Both the position numbers and the translations under genes were made by a program. Positions 1-10,373 of a stretch of 64,000 nucleotides of DNA are shown here, one piece after another (position 1 is the first letter of the stretch; every line of letters begins with the position of its first letter). Under the pieces are notes generated by a model. The model saw nothing but the letters and a program-made list of their open reading frames with translations. It ran no database searches and was not told the origin of the DNA. The DNA comes from an uncultured delta proteobacterium (lineage in GTDB: Bacteria; Myxococcota; Myxococcia; Myxococcales; Myxococcaceae), in the NCBI GenBank assembly GCA_963771175.1, contig CAVYSY010000050.1, forward strand, positions 96,001 through 160,000, in the 5' to 3' direction.

Positions 1-830
1 AGCTTCCGCGCCAGCTCGCCCTCCCGCTCACGCAGCGTCTCGCCTACCAGGCCCAGCTCCTCGCGAGCGAAGGAGAGATTGGCCATCATGAAGGCCAGCG
101 GGTTGTTCATCTCGTGCCCCACCGCGGCCGCCAGTGAGCCCAATGCCGCCAGCCGGTCCGACTGGACCAGGTTCGCCTCCATCTGCTTGCGCAGCGTCAC
201 GTCCCGGGCGAAGACCCGCAGGCCCGCCGGCTCCCACTGCCGCGCCACCGTCAGCTCCCAGTGTCGGCCCTCCAGGCTCAACGAGGGCAGCTCGCCCTCC
301 ACGGCGCCGCGCCGGACCCAATCCAGCGCCGCCTCCACCAGCGGGTGCCCCGTCCCGCGCGCCTGCAGGTTCGGAAAGCGCTGGTGGGTGATCGGGTTGG
401 CGTGGCGCAGCTTGCCCTCCAGGCTCAACTCCAGCATCGGCTCCGGGTGCAGGAGCGGGAAGGTCGCCAGCCGGAACAGGGGCTCCTCCAGCATGCGCAG
501 CTCGGTGATGTCGCGCACCAGCAGCGACATGATTCCCGGGTCCGGCTCCCCGGGCTCGGGGACGTACGCCGTGGCCTCGGCGGTGTACCAGCGCGTTTCT
601 CCCTCCACTTCCAGCCGGTACTCTCCGCGCCCCGCGAGACCGCTGTGCCGCGCCGCGCGCACCAGCGCCAGCAGCGTGCCGCTCGCCTCCGGGCCCAGTA
701 CCTCCGTCAGCGTCTTGCCCTCTCCGCCGCGCACGTTCCGGCCGAAGATCCTGCCCGTGGGCGCCCACAAGCGGTGGCACCGCTCCGCTTCATCCAGCTC
801 CACCGCGACGTACTCCGCGTGCCGTGCCCG
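1..830 (-). CDS. PAS-domain sensor histidine kinase, runs off the window's left edge; probably the C-terminal part of a frameshift-split fusion with the upstream PhnD-like ORF
   Basis: Minus-strand translation ...VFARDVTLRKQMEANLVQSDRLAALGSLAAAVGHEMNNPLAFMMANL gives a HisKA H-box preceded by PAS/PAC-like 'RDIT/RDVT' motifs; no convincing start of its own before ~830. Confidence 0.8.
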
Positions 831-1614
831 CCGGGGTGGGGGCGTCCCTGCCCGGCACGGAGGTCGCCCGTGTGAAGCCATCCACCTTGAAGGGCCCCAG
901 CATCATTCCCAGCCCGCCCCCGTCACTGCTCATCCGCGTGAGGAGGGACTCCAGGGGGGCGCTCTCCTCCTCGGACAGGTGGTGGGTGATGATGATGCCG
1001 TCGGCCAGGGCGGGCTCGCTGAAGGCGAAGGGGGTGAGCCGGCACTCGTCGGCGCCGATGTACTGGGCCATTGCGGCGCGTGCGGAGTGCACGTCCGGGT
1101 GGCTCAAGTAGACGGAGGCCACGTCCGCCTCCCCGGCGAGCACCGCCAGCAACGTCTTGCGGTAGGTGCCCACGAAGCGCTGCTCGGAGAACACCTCCGC
1201 CGGGTCCAGTCCCTGGGCCTCCAGGTAGCGCATGGGGAGCCGGTAGCCGCCGAAGGAGCGTGGATCCACCCAGGCGGCGCGCTTGCCCTTCAGCGTCCCC
1301 GGGGTGAGGGGCTCCTCGGCGCGGCAGATCAGGGCGCTGTGGTAGTAGCAGTGCCCGCCCCGCACCGCGCGGAGCACCGCCCGGGCCCTCGACTCGAAGG
1401 TGTCGCACAGGTCCGCGGTGGCCCAGACCAGATCCACCTCTCCCTTGGCCACCTCCTGATCCACCACCTCGTAGGTGGGCGCTATCTCCGCCACCACGGG
1501 CCGCCCCAGCCGCCGGGTGAGGGACTGGACGAACAGATCGATCCGCACATGCTCCTGCACCGAGCCCATGATCGGATAGAACAAGAAACGGATGGGGGGG
1601 GCCGACGAAGTCAC
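790..1614 (-). CDS. PhnD/SsuA-like phosphate/phosphonate substrate-binding domain protein
   Basis: YYHSALICRA...LKGKRAAWVDPRSFGGYRLP...LLAVLAGEADVA is typical of the PhnD family; no signal peptide. Confidence 0.75.
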   Translation of the reverse strand: MTSSAPPIRFLFYPIMGSVQEHVRIDLFVQSLTRRLGRPVVAEIAPTYEVVDQEVAKGEVDLVWATADLCDTFESRARAVLRAVRGGHCYYHSALICRAEEPLTPGTLKGKRAAWVDPRSFGGYRLPMRYLEAQGLDPAEVFSEQRFVGTYRKTLLAVLAGEADVASVYLSHPDVHSARAAMAQYIGADECRLTPFAFSEPALADGIIITHHLSEEESAPLESLLTRMSSDGGGLGMMLGPFKVDGFTRATSVPGRDAPTPAGTARGVRRGGAG

Positions 1615-1733
1615 GTGTCCAATCCTCTCGAGTCCCCCCTCGTCTCAACGACTGCCCGGTACCGAGTTCCCCGAATCCTACGCGGATTTGGAGGTTTTCG
1701 TGTCTTTCCAGTTCAGGGAGAAGCGGGAGACGC

Positions 1734-1841
1734 GCATATAGGAGGGATGGGGGCCCTGTTGAGGGTAAGGACTGGAGCCGAGGGGCCGAGGAGGGCCGCT
1801 GACGGGTGCCGCCCGGGCTGTGAGCCAAGCGGGTGGAGAGG
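1734..1841 (-). repeat. ~107-bp repeat copy 1 (IS91/ISCR oriIS-end-like)
   Basis: Aligns by eye with 4061-4167 and 11940-12046 (ctgttgaggg...gaggagggtcgctgacgggngccgcc...ggtggagagg); the minus strand ends in TCCTATA, like an oriIS. Confidence 0.65.
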
Positions 1842-1856
1842 GACGGGAGGGCCGGG

Positions 1857-2243
1857 ATGAGCAGCTCCATGGAAGAGGCGTTCAACGCGCTGGACTGGCA
1901 TGACACCGAGCTCCAGGAGCTCCTCATCGACCGGAGGGCTCCCGGCGAGCGGGACGAGCTCGTTCTCACCCTCCGCTGGCCCGGGCCCGAGGGGCGCACG
2001 CAGCGGCTGCGCTTCACCGACTGCTACGCCCTGGAGGCGAACATGAACTTCGGAGTCATCGCCCCGGAGACGCTGTACACGGCGCACTGCGTGTCGGACT
2101 CGCCCAGGCTGGAGGCGGTCCGCAAGACGTGGGCCCACCTCGGAACCGACCTCTCCGGCCTGCGCCTCTTCGAGCTGGAGACGAACTCGACGTCGAGCAC
2201 CCTGCGCATCGTGGCGAGGGGATTCGAGCTCTCGGACGTGTGA
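1857..2243 (+). CDS. Hypothetical protein, possibly immunity-protein-like
   Basis: 128-aa ORF with strong GC3 codon bias; N-terminal 'LDWHD' motif. Confidence 0.6.
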   Translation: MSSSMEEAFNALDWHDTELQELLIDRRAPGERDELVLTLRWPGPEGRTQRLRFTDCYALEANMNFGVIAPETLYTAHCVSDSPRLEAVRKTWAHLGTDLSGLRLFELETNSTSSTLRIVARGFELSDV

Positions 2244-2406
2244 TTACGGGTAGCGGCGCCGGTGCTCCTCGCGCAGCGAGGCCATGTAGCCCGCGGCCTC
2301 GTTCATGAGTGGACTGTCGCATACGTCCTCGCGGAAGGTCCCGGCACCTGGGGCCGTCGTCATCGGCGCGGCCTGGGAGCGGGCCTCTCAGGGCGTCCGC
2401 GACGTG

Positions 2407-2595
2407 TTCCCCCAAGCAGGAGAGGAGGGGGCGAGCGTGGCGCCTGGGGCAGCGGCCAGGAAGGAGCCGAAGAAGGAGCCGGAGATGGTGTCAAAGGATT
2501 CGAAACGCGGGACGCAAGCCACAGAAGTACGCCAGCACCTTTCGCCTGCCTCCACAGCGGGCGCAGGCGAACACGTCCAGCGCGAACGTCCTGCG
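2407..2595. mobile_element. Scrambled remnant: IS91-family transposase fragments on both strands flanking a RAYT-element end
   Basis: Plus strand FPQAGEEGASVAPGAAARKEPKKE; minus strand RRTFALDVFACARCGGRRKVLAY (C-terminal CxxC of IS91/Y2 transposases); 2487-2514 matches 14352-14379. Confidence 0.6.
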
Positions 2596-2718
2596 TGGCC
2601 GAGGGCGTTGGATCGAAGCAGTACACCTCGCCCGGCCACAATGCCCGTCCACCTTGTCCCTGGACCCTCGGCTCACCCTGGAGCTACCTCGGCGTGGGGG
2701 CAGGGGCGAGCAACGTGG

Positions 2719-3216
2719 TCATCGAGCTGATCGCTCGGGGCTATCCGCCAGCCATTTCCTGCCGAAGGGCTTGTAGTACCGGTAGGGCCTCAACGTGCCG
2801 TCGGGACTCACCTCGAGTAATCGCCGATGCTTCACGCTGTTGACATATCTGTCCCCGCAGTGGCAGCGGACGAGCAGGCCGATGCCGTCCTGAACCACCC
2901 GCTGTGCGAGCTGTCGGTCGGCTTCTGCGAGGTCCGCGTCCAGCCACAGATGCTTGTAATCGTCGGAGCCGCAGCGGCCCTGGTGACAGGAGGGGTAGCT
3001 GGGCCGCCACCATTCCGAGAAGTGGATGAGGGCGATGATGCCGCCCCAGAGCAGGAAGTGCGCCACGAGCCCCGCGAAGCCGCCAGCGATGCCACCGAGC
3101 CCACCGCCGATGAGAAGTCCCGCCACGTCGTTCCCGCCATACGAGGCGCCGACGAAGACACCCGTGATGAATCCGACGACGGGGAAGAAGAGCAGGGTGA
3201 ATGGAATGAGTGACAT
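2719..3216 (-). CDS. Hypothetical membrane protein with Gly-rich TM segments and a Cys-containing C-terminal domain
   Basis: MSLIPFTLLFFPVVGFITG...GGGLGGIAGGFAG; CHQGRC and CHC motifs. Confidence 0.6.
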   Translation of the reverse strand: MSLIPFTLLFFPVVGFITGVFVGASYGGNDVAGLLIGGGLGGIAGGFAGLVAHFLLWGGIIALIHFSEWWRPSYPSCHQGRCGSDDYKHLWLDADLAEADRQLAQRVVQDGIGLLVRCHCGDRYVNSVKHRRLLEVSPDGTLRPYRYYKPFGRKWLADSPERSAR

Positions 3217-3488
3217 CGCGGCCGGAGCATCCAAGGGCCATGCCAAGGCCTCATCCCGTGGGGCAACATCCCAGGGCTCCACCAGGACCCACCCTCGTTC
3301 GTGACAACCTGTCAGGGCCCCGTCGCGTCTCCCTGACACCTTCGGGCTTCGTTCCGCCTCGTGCTCGCGTCAGGGGCGCGCGTTCTCCCTGGGTGCATGG
3401 CGTGCGGCGGGCGGCCGTCTCGTGCATCCTGGAGCCCTGACGAATCCGCGTTGCTCGCGAGTCCGCATCGGGCGCAATCTGCGCGGTC

Positions 3489-4007
3489 ATGATTCAGGAC
3501 TTCGAGCGCACGACAACCGAGCGGCTCCTGCTTCGCCGCATCCAGGAGAGTGACCTGGACGCGGTGTTCACCCTCCATGGGGACCCGGAGACGAACCGGT
3601 TCAATCCCTCCGGGCCCCTGCGCTCCATGGACGCCGCGCGCGAGCTGCTGGAGCTGTGGTTGGGAGACTGGGCGCGTCATGGCATGGGGTACTGGGCTGT
3701 GGAGCGGCGCGACGCGCCCGGGACTGTCGTGGGCTTGAGTGGCGTGCGCCGCAAGGAGCTCGAAGGACAGGCGGTGCTCAACCTCGCCTACCGGTTCAGT
3801 CCCCAGTCGTGGGGCTCGGGGTATGCGACGGAAGTGGCTCGCGTGGCCCTGGCGCTGGCCCGGAAGCACATCCCTGACGTTCCGGTGGTGGCCATCATCA
3901 ACCTGGAGAACGTGCCCTCCCTCCGCGTGGCGGAGCGGCTCGGGATGCGGCGCGACCGAATCATCGACTACGAGGGCATCGCGAGTGCCGTGTATCTGTC
4001 GACGTAG
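3489..4007 (+). CDS. GNAT N-acetyltransferase, RimJ/RimL family
   Basis: TTERLLLRR, WGSGYATE and NVPSLRVAERLGM motifs. Confidence 0.9.
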   Translation: MIQDFERTTTERLLLRRIQESDLDAVFTLHGDPETNRFNPSGPLRSMDAARELLELWLGDWARHGMGYWAVERRDAPGTVVGLSGVRRKELEGQAVLNLAYRFSPQSWGSGYATEVARVALALARKHIPDVPVVAIINLENVPSLRVAERLGMRRDRIIDYEGIASAVYLST

Positions 4008-4060
4008 ACGGTAGGCCGACGAAGTCGTGGAGTGTGCTCCTTCGCCTGAACGCGTCTGGG

Positions 4061-4167
4061 AGCATAAGACGGATAGGGGAGCTGTTGAGGGTGGTGGGCT
4101 GGAGCAGAGGGGCCGAGGAGGGTCGCTGACGGGAGCCGCCGAGCAGTGAGCCCGGCCGGTGGAGAGG
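4061..4167 (-). repeat. ~107-bp repeat copy 2 (oriIS-end-like)
   Basis: Near-identical to 11940-12046. Confidence 0.75.
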
Positions 4168-4395
4168 TAGTCGGTCTCGGCCCAGTCGTCCGCGCGGTCG
4201 ATGGCCCCTGCCTCGAGCTCAAGCATCGTCTCGCAGATCATGCTCGGGGTTGCCGCGCCACGCTGCTGCGCGAGTGGCGCTCGCGCGAGTCCATCCCCGA
4301 GCCTCAACCCGGATGAGCGGCTCCTGACAGAAATTGGCAGTACCCCATGAGAGGGTGGCCTCCGTCGGCACGCCGCCGGCACCGAAGGAGCCACC

Positions 4396-4500
4396 ATGCG
4401 CCGCTACGTCCACGAGACCGTCGTCTCCACGCCCCTCGAGGGGCTCTTCCGCGCCATCACCGACATCGCCCACGGGTCCCGCTGGGAGCTGCGTTCATGA
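4396..4500 (+). pseudogene. Truncated SRPBCC/polyketide-cyclase-like N-terminus
   Basis: AAGGAG RBS, then MRRYVHETVVSTPLEGLFRAITDIAH (34 aa); the stop overlaps the next ATG (ATGA). Confidence 0.4.
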
Positions 4501-4988
4501 CGCGGGCCTGGGTGGGAGTCGTCTCGCGGGCACACGTGCTGCGGGGGGTGGAGGGCGGGTTCGCGCAGCTCTGCCACGGCAAGCGCCTGCCGCTGGAGCG
4601 GATGAGTGTGGGGGACTGGCTCGTGTACTACTCCCCGAAGACGGAGCTTCACGGGGGCGAGCCGCTCCGGGCCTTCACGGCGCTGGGCCGCGTCCATGGA
4701 GAGCGCACGGTCCTCTTCGACATGGGGGGCGGCTTCGTCCCCTACCGCCGGGAGGTGCGGTTCGAGCGCGCCGCGCGGGAGGTGCCCCTGGCTCGCCTGG
4801 GCGAGAGCCTCGACTTCATCAGGAACAACCCCCACTGGGGGATGCTGGCCCGGCGCGGGCACTTCGAGATCAGCCTGGAGGATCTGAACACCATCGCCGC
4901 GGCCATGGGCATCCCTATCTCTTTGTCGCACCGTTGCCGCCCGGAGAACATGTCCTCCATTGGCGCGGATCCTCGGCGTGTCCCTTAG
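4497..4988 (+). CDS. EVE domain protein (UPF0310-like)
   Basis: WVGVVSRAHVLRGVEGGFAQLCHGK...GDWLVYYSPK...RRGHFEISLED. Confidence 0.85.
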   Translation: MTRAWVGVVSRAHVLRGVEGGFAQLCHGKRLPLERMSVGDWLVYYSPKTELHGGEPLRAFTALGRVHGERTVLFDMGGGFVPYRREVRFERAAREVPLARLGESLDFIRNNPHWGMLARRGHFEISLEDLNTIAAAMGIPISLSHRCRPENMSSIGADPRRVP

Positions 4989-5343
4989 GACCCGTCAGCA
5001 AGGATGTGACATATGTGCTGTCCATTCGGCCGCGGGGAATGAGCACCTCGCGAATGGCATACAGGACGCTGTCGGGGTCCAGGTTCTCGCCGTCGATGCA
5101 AGCGGTCAGGTCGCGCTGTTCTCACCGGAAGGTATACCTTGCCCACTCGTCGCGCTGAACTTCGGGTATAGCCAGTAGGCAAGCAACTCAAGAGCCAAGA
5201 GGGACTGCTCGGCCACAGGGCGAAACGCCAGGTGGAGGAAGCACGCCGTGAACAGTTGCCAAAAATGCAGGTGAGGCCGGAGCCGTGAGAGATTCTCCTC
5301 CTGCGGCTCCGTTTGTTTCAGGGTCCTGCCGAGATGCCGCGGC

Positions 5344-6906
5344 CTACGGAGCCTCGTCCGGCTGGGACGCGACGACGGCCGGGGGCTCGACGAGGAACTC
5401 GATACGGCTCGCGTCCGCGCAGGATGCATCGGGCCGCACCGCGGGCTTGCGCAGGAATGCTCGAGCGATGTCCGCCGCGCAGGTGTTGGTGTCGAGCACC
5501 GCGTGCGCTCCGCCCGCGATGACCACGTGGTGGCCGTGCTTGAGGGTCCGCTCGGCGGCGATCCCCAGCGCCGGCGGGACAACGGGGTCGAAGTCTCCCG
5601 AGAGCAGCAGCGTGGGCACCTTGGACACCACCGGCTCGTACCAGGACGCGTCCGCGGCGCCCGAGGGCCACTGAGCGCAGGTGTTGAACATGTCGAGCTG
5701 CGTGGGCAGGAAGAAGTTCTGGAGCTCCGGCAGCACCCCGGCCGCTCCCGCCCGCACCGCATCAGGAGTGGTCGCGGACACATCCTCGCGGCACAGGGTG
5801 GAGAGGTGCATTCCGTAGCTGAGGCGCATGAACGACGTCAGCATCGGCGAGGCGCCGATGGCGTTGCCGAGCAGAGGGGTCTGGTCCTCCTTCAGCTCGT
5901 GGAGCATGGCGGGAATCGTCTCGAGGAGCGCCGGGTCCTGGAGGAAGCTGAACAGGAACTGGACGAAGATCGCCCCGTTCACCGGCAGCCGGCCGATCCT
6001 GCCATCCCGGGTCTCGAAGCGCACCTGGAGGGGACGCATGTTCAATGCCCGCACCACCGCCGGGAAGACCTGCTCCAGCGCGGGATAGCGGGCGTTGCAG
6101 GCAGCGTCCGCGGCGCAGGCCGCGAAGACCTTGCGCAGGGAGCGGTCGAAGCCCGGTACCGCCTGGAGGTAGAGGTTGTCCCGCGGCGGCAGCACCGAGT
6201 CGATGATGGCGCTGCGCACGCGCTCGGGCGCCCGGCGGAGCACCTCCAGCGCGAGTCGCGAGCCGTGGGCGGAGCCACGAAGGTTGATGTGCTCGAGCCC
6301 CAGCGCGACCCGGAGCGCCTCCACGTCCTCGGCGCTCTCCTGGGTGTTATAGGCCGTCACGTCGATGCCCTGGCCCCGCAGTCGCGCGCTGCACCGGCGC
6401 AGCGGGTCCGGATACGGCATTCCGACCTCCCAGCACTCCAGCGCGGGCTGAGAGCCCCCGACGCCGCGCTGGTCGAACACGATGAGCTGCCGGTCCGGGG
6501 CGAGCGCCGCCACCCGCTCCCGTGTCAGGGGGGTTGTGAGGTGCGCGACGCGAATTCCCGGGCCCCCCACCAGGAGTACCACCGGGTCCTTCGCCTTCGC
6601 CTCCTTCGGGTCCCCGAAGATGGCCACCGCGACGCGGATCCACTGACCGTCCGGCTGGGCGTGGCGCTCCGGGACGGCGACGTAGCCACACCGGACCGTC
6701 TCGCCTTCCACCTGGTCTGGTGCCAACGGGAACCAGCATGGAGCTGGCTCGAAGCCCACGGACGCATGCTTCTCCGTCAGGGCCATCCCGGTGCTGCCCG
6801 TTGGGGTGGACGGCTCGACATCCCCCGCCTGACCGCAACCCGCGAGCAGCAGCCCACTTCCCACCCGCACCAGCCAGCGTGTCATCCATCTCTTCGAGAA
6901 ACGCAT
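5344..6906 (-). CDS. Alpha/beta hydrolase lipoprotein (TAP-like tripeptidyl peptidase family) with a degenerate nucleophile
   Basis: Lipobox LLAGC; CGYVAVPERH, GGPG, FDQRGVGGS and GDFDPVVP motifs; elbow reads GSAHG. Confidence 0.85.
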   Translation of the reverse strand: MRFSKRWMTRWLVRVGSGLLLAGCGQAGDVEPSTPTGSTGMALTEKHASVGFEPAPCWFPLAPDQVEGETVRCGYVAVPERHAQPDGQWIRVAVAIFGDPKEAKAKDPVVLLVGGPGIRVAHLTTPLTRERVAALAPDRQLIVFDQRGVGGSQPALECWEVGMPYPDPLRRCSARLRGQGIDVTAYNTQESAEDVEALRVALGLEHINLRGSAHGSRLALEVLRRAPERVRSAIIDSVLPPRDNLYLQAVPGFDRSLRKVFAACAADAACNARYPALEQVFPAVVRALNMRPLQVRFETRDGRIGRLPVNGAIFVQFLFSFLQDPALLETIPAMLHELKEDQTPLLGNAIGASPMLTSFMRLSYGMHLSTLCREDVSATTPDAVRAGAAGVLPELQNFFLPTQLDMFNTCAQWPSGAADASWYEPVVSKVPTLLLSGDFDPVVPPALGIAAERTLKHGHHVVIAGGAHAVLDTNTCAADIARAFLRKPAVRPDASCADASRIEFLVEPPAVVASQPDEAP

Positions 6907-7078
6907 GCTTCCTCCTTGGCGTGTCTGGGGACGGCGAGTCGCGACCGTCCACGGCCTTCCCCTGGAGGTGCGACCCCGTGTGCCAATCCTCATCCCTGTT
7001 CGATTACAGGAATAGTGGAAATATTGGAAGCATCAGCACTCTCAGTATTACCTGACACGAAGCACCTGACACGTTCCC

Positions 7079-7279
7079 TCAGCCCTCCCGGCGCTCCAGA
7101 GGTAGGAAGGTGAGGGTGTCGATGCCGGCCGCTTCCACGGCCTCGCGGAACTTCTGGTTCACCGCGATGTGGCCGTGCGGCTCCGCCACGCGCACCATCG
7201 TCGCCACGTCGCTCGGCAACCGCTCGAGCTCGGAGGCGGCGACGACGCCGATGAGGTTGAAGGCCACGTGGTCGCCCAC
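7079..7279 (-). pseudogene. Possible Imm11/DUF1629-like immunity protein fragment
   Basis: FNLIG...VRVAE...IAVNQKFREAVEAAGIDTLTFLP resembles an Imm11 C-terminus; N-terminus missing. Confidence 0.35.
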
Positions 7280-7372
7280 CGTTCACCCGGAAGGGCGATC
7301 ACTTCGTCGAGGGCCTTCGCCTGCATGGGGTGCTCCTGGGTCGCTGTGACACGTTTGGGAACGTTCGTCTGC

Positions 7373-10321
7373 CTACTCCTTCTTGCTCGTCAGACTTCCG
7401 AGGGAGGCCGATCGTCTCCGGACGTTCAGGTCATCGAGGCTCGCGCTCCGCTGCAGACCGCGCGGCCCCGACACGGGACGCACCTGCATGTCATCGTGCA
7501 GCCGCAGCGGCGCCCTCACCCATTGCCGCTGGTTCACCGGCGCCACGGGCCGTGGAAAGGCCCGCGCCGCGGCCAGATGTCCATTCATGTACTCCCTCAG
7601 CTCCAGCGCCGCCTCGTGCGGATTGGCCTCTGGAGCGGGCAGGCGGTGCGGGTTCATGGCGATCTGCTGCGCCAGGTAGACGACCCAGGCGCCGCAGCTG
7701 TTCTGGCCATACGGGGACCTGTCATCCTGGTATTTGAGGAGCGAGTGCTCCGCCTGGAGCCCTGGGAACGGATGTCTCAGGAGCCCGAGACGGTCGACCG
7801 GCACGGCGTTGGGGTTGAGGGGGTCGATGTAGAGCAACTTCGCCGGGCGGATCCCATCACCGCCGGCCCGGTCCAGCGAGATGTAGAGCAGCGTCCAGTG
7901 ATTTCCTCCCACGTGGAAGGCTTGGATGATCGTGTCGGTGGCGGTGGTGATCGCGGGATGGATCTCGGTCGTGTAGGCGAGGCGATTCATCTCCTCCCAC
8001 TGGAAGAAGATGACCCCCTCGATGACCGCGACGTTCGGAAGACCGCGGAGGAAGTAGCGCTGGAGGTTGTAGATGTCGTTCTCGGTGAAGTAGTACCCGG
8101 GCGTGGTGAGGTCCGGGAGCTCGTCGTCGGGCAGGAAGGCCCCCAGCCCGGCGGCTTGCGCCCGCTTCTCCTTCTCGACCTGCGACACCTCTTCCGATTC
8201 GACCGGGCTGACCTTCTTCGACGGCATGGGGAGGTCCGGCTCCGTCTTGAGGTAGTCCTGCTCCGCGAGCGCGCCGAACTCGATCCGCTGCACCCTGCCC
8301 GCGTTGCGTCGGTCCAAGAGCGGGACGTCCGGGACCCGAGGGATCGCCGGAAGAGGGGCGACGCGAGGCCTGCTGGCCTTGCTCGGACGCTCCTCACTCC
8401 CCTTCGCCGTGCACCCCTTCTGGCAAGCTGGATTCACGCAATGCTGCCCCGAGTACCGCCACAGGGGATTCCAATACGACTTGAGCAGCTCGCCCACCGC
8501 CTCCCCACCCTCCACCAGGTAATTGAACTCGGAGAGAAACCCTGGATAGAGATTGTCCGACCCCACGATATATGACTCATCATCGACAATCATGATCTTG
8601 GCATGATTGCCTGGCGCGGAGGGGACCTTCTTGTACTTGGAATACATCCCGCTCCCCATCTTGACGGCCTCGACCGCATCCCCAATGACCCCATTCTTCG
8701 GCGGTTGCTCCACCAGCGAGGGTTGTCTCACGGTCTGCGTCCACCCCTTGGGGTCGAGATCAGGCCAGTGATACGACTCACCCTCGATCGAGTCCTCGAG
8801 CGGCACGTCCGTGAAGAAGAAGGGCGCGATATGCAACCTGTCCAGCGACTCCAAGCGCGCGGCCCTATCATCCAACGGCTTGTCGTCAAGGCTGTACAGG
8901 CTGTAGTACCGAATCAAGTCGAAGGTGCGGCAAGCCCCCGAACCAAACGAGTACTGGTCTCCCTCCGCGCCGGCACCCGCGTTCAACGGCGAGACCACCA
9001 CCTGGACAACCAGCTCCTTGTTTTGAAGCAGCGCATCCATGATCCAGTGGCAGACGACATGCGACTGCCACTTCTTCTTCCACGCGCTGATCAGGTCCAT
9101 CTGCGACAACCTCAAGGTGCGTCGCGCGCCCATGATCAGCGACTGCTTCATCAACTCGGACGCCGCCTTGTAACCCGTCTCCAGGCTCGAGCCCGTCCAA
9201 TATTTGCCTACCGACAAGATGCGGGGCGCCCTCTTGTACTCCGAGAGCTTGTCGTATGAGTCGCTGTACGCGCTCTCTTCGAAGACGGGATCTTCCAGGT
9301 CCCGAAGTGTCCGCAGGTCTTCGGCCCGAATGGCCTCCGCCAGGCCAGCGAGCTCGGTCTTGAGGAGCCCCTTCACGAGGGGCCCCTTCACGACAGGCTC
9401 CTTCACGACAGGCCCACCATGGACCGCCACGATTCTCCGGTAGCGAGCCTCCCGATGGGCAGCGGCGCCTTCCTCGCTCAACGGATCCATCGGTCTCCGG
9501 TCTTTGGCGGCCGCCCTGTCATCCGCATGCTCTCTGAACGTGGGCGCGCTGAGGTTCGAGAGATCCAGATACTCCTTGGTCAGCAGGTCCGTTTTGCACT
9601 CCCACATCTGGTTCAAATACAATTGCGAACCATATGCCGCCGCTCCATGCACGACGACCGATACGTCATGGACAGGGGGATAGCTGGTGAACAGGTCCAT
9701 GTTCAGGTTATGCCCCCCCACCAAGGCCTCGGTGCCGTCCGAGGCAATGATCTTCGAGTGGTTCCACGTCATCTTGGTGATGACATCATCATCCGACTCG
9801 ACGCCAATGATGGATTTGCCGTAATCGGCGAGGCCAGAGAGCACACCTTCCTGGAGCCTGTAGAATCTCCCCAGCCAGATTTCCGGCATCCGCTCCCAGT
9901 GCTCCGCCCGCGTTCTCACCCACCGGATGAGGCTGCCCTTGAAGTCGATGAAGTTCGGAGGCGTGCCTGACTGGAGCATCGTGGGCGTCTGCCCGAACAG
10001 GAACCTGAATTGCGTTGGCCTGTCCCTCTTCATCTTCGTGGTCAACGCCATGTCCATCGCTTCCAGGATCACCTTGGTCCAGGACGGATCCGGGCTGTTG
10101 AGGGACGCCAGGTCGCATCGGTACTTTGTCTTCTGGACGATCTCGACGATGGCCCCTTTGAACTCCTCCGTCCGGGCCTGGGCGGTCGCCATGATGCCTC
10201 TGCCAAAGGGCCTGCCCCAGATCCGTGGCGTATCCATGATGCGCACATAGGAGGGGCCACTCTGATCATTGAAGAGCTTTTGCGCGTCGATGATGCGCTT
10301 GACCGTATCGATGTGACTCAT
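7373..10321 (-). CDS. Phospholipase D (two HKD motifs) fused to a C-terminal CE-clan/Ulp1-like cysteine protease domain
   Basis: WNHSKIIASD..VGGHN and NHAKIMIVD..VGSDN; C-terminal GNHWTLLYI, YIDPL and YQ..NSCGAWV. Confidence 0.85.
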   Translation of the reverse strand: MSHIDTVKRIIDAQKLFNDQSGPSYVRIMDTPRIWGRPFGRGIMATAQARTEEFKGAIVEIVQKTKYRCDLASLNSPDPSWTKVILEAMDMALTTKMKRDRPTQFRFLFGQTPTMLQSGTPPNFIDFKGSLIRWVRTRAEHWERMPEIWLGRFYRLQEGVLSGLADYGKSIIGVESDDDVITKMTWNHSKIIASDGTEALVGGHNLNMDLFTSYPPVHDVSVVVHGAAAYGSQLYLNQMWECKTDLLTKEYLDLSNLSAPTFREHADDRAAAKDRRPMDPLSEEGAAAHREARYRRIVAVHGGPVVKEPVVKGPLVKGLLKTELAGLAEAIRAEDLRTLRDLEDPVFEESAYSDSYDKLSEYKRAPRILSVGKYWTGSSLETGYKAASELMKQSLIMGARRTLRLSQMDLISAWKKKWQSHVVCHWIMDALLQNKELVVQVVVSPLNAGAGAEGDQYSFGSGACRTFDLIRYYSLYSLDDKPLDDRAARLESLDRLHIAPFFFTDVPLEDSIEGESYHWPDLDPKGWTQTVRQPSLVEQPPKNGVIGDAVEAVKMGSGMYSKYKKVPSAPGNHAKIMIVDDESYIVGSDNLYPGFLSEFNYLVEGGEAVGELLKSYWNPLWRYSGQHCVNPACQKGCTAKGSEERPSKASRPRVAPLPAIPRVPDVPLLDRRNAGRVQRIEFGALAEQDYLKTEPDLPMPSKKVSPVESEEVSQVEKEKRAQAAGLGAFLPDDELPDLTTPGYYFTENDIYNLQRYFLRGLPNVAVIEGVIFFQWEEMNRLAYTTEIHPAITTATDTIIQAFHVGGNHWTLLYISLDRAGGDGIRPAKLLYIDPLNPNAVPVDRLGLLRHPFPGLQAEHSLLKYQDDRSPYGQNSCGAWVVYLAQQIAMNPHRLPAPEANPHEAALELREYMNGHLAAARAFPRPVAPVNQRQWVRAPLRLHDDMQVRPVSGPRGLQRSASLDDLNVRRRSASLGSLTSKKE

Positions 10322-10373
10322 CTTCTCTTCACTCCTGGCTCGCGCCGCACAGTCCCAGACGCCTCAAGACGTT

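Noticed and set aside
4985..5340. Possible decayed gene between the EVE and hydrolase genes
   Set aside because: Short interrupted frames with no recognisable family
6968..6986. Sigma54-like motif upstream of the TAP-like hydrolase (minus strand TTGGCACACGGGGTCGCA)
   Set aside because: GG-to-GC spacing is 11 rather than 10; it could be a homopolymer error but is unsupported
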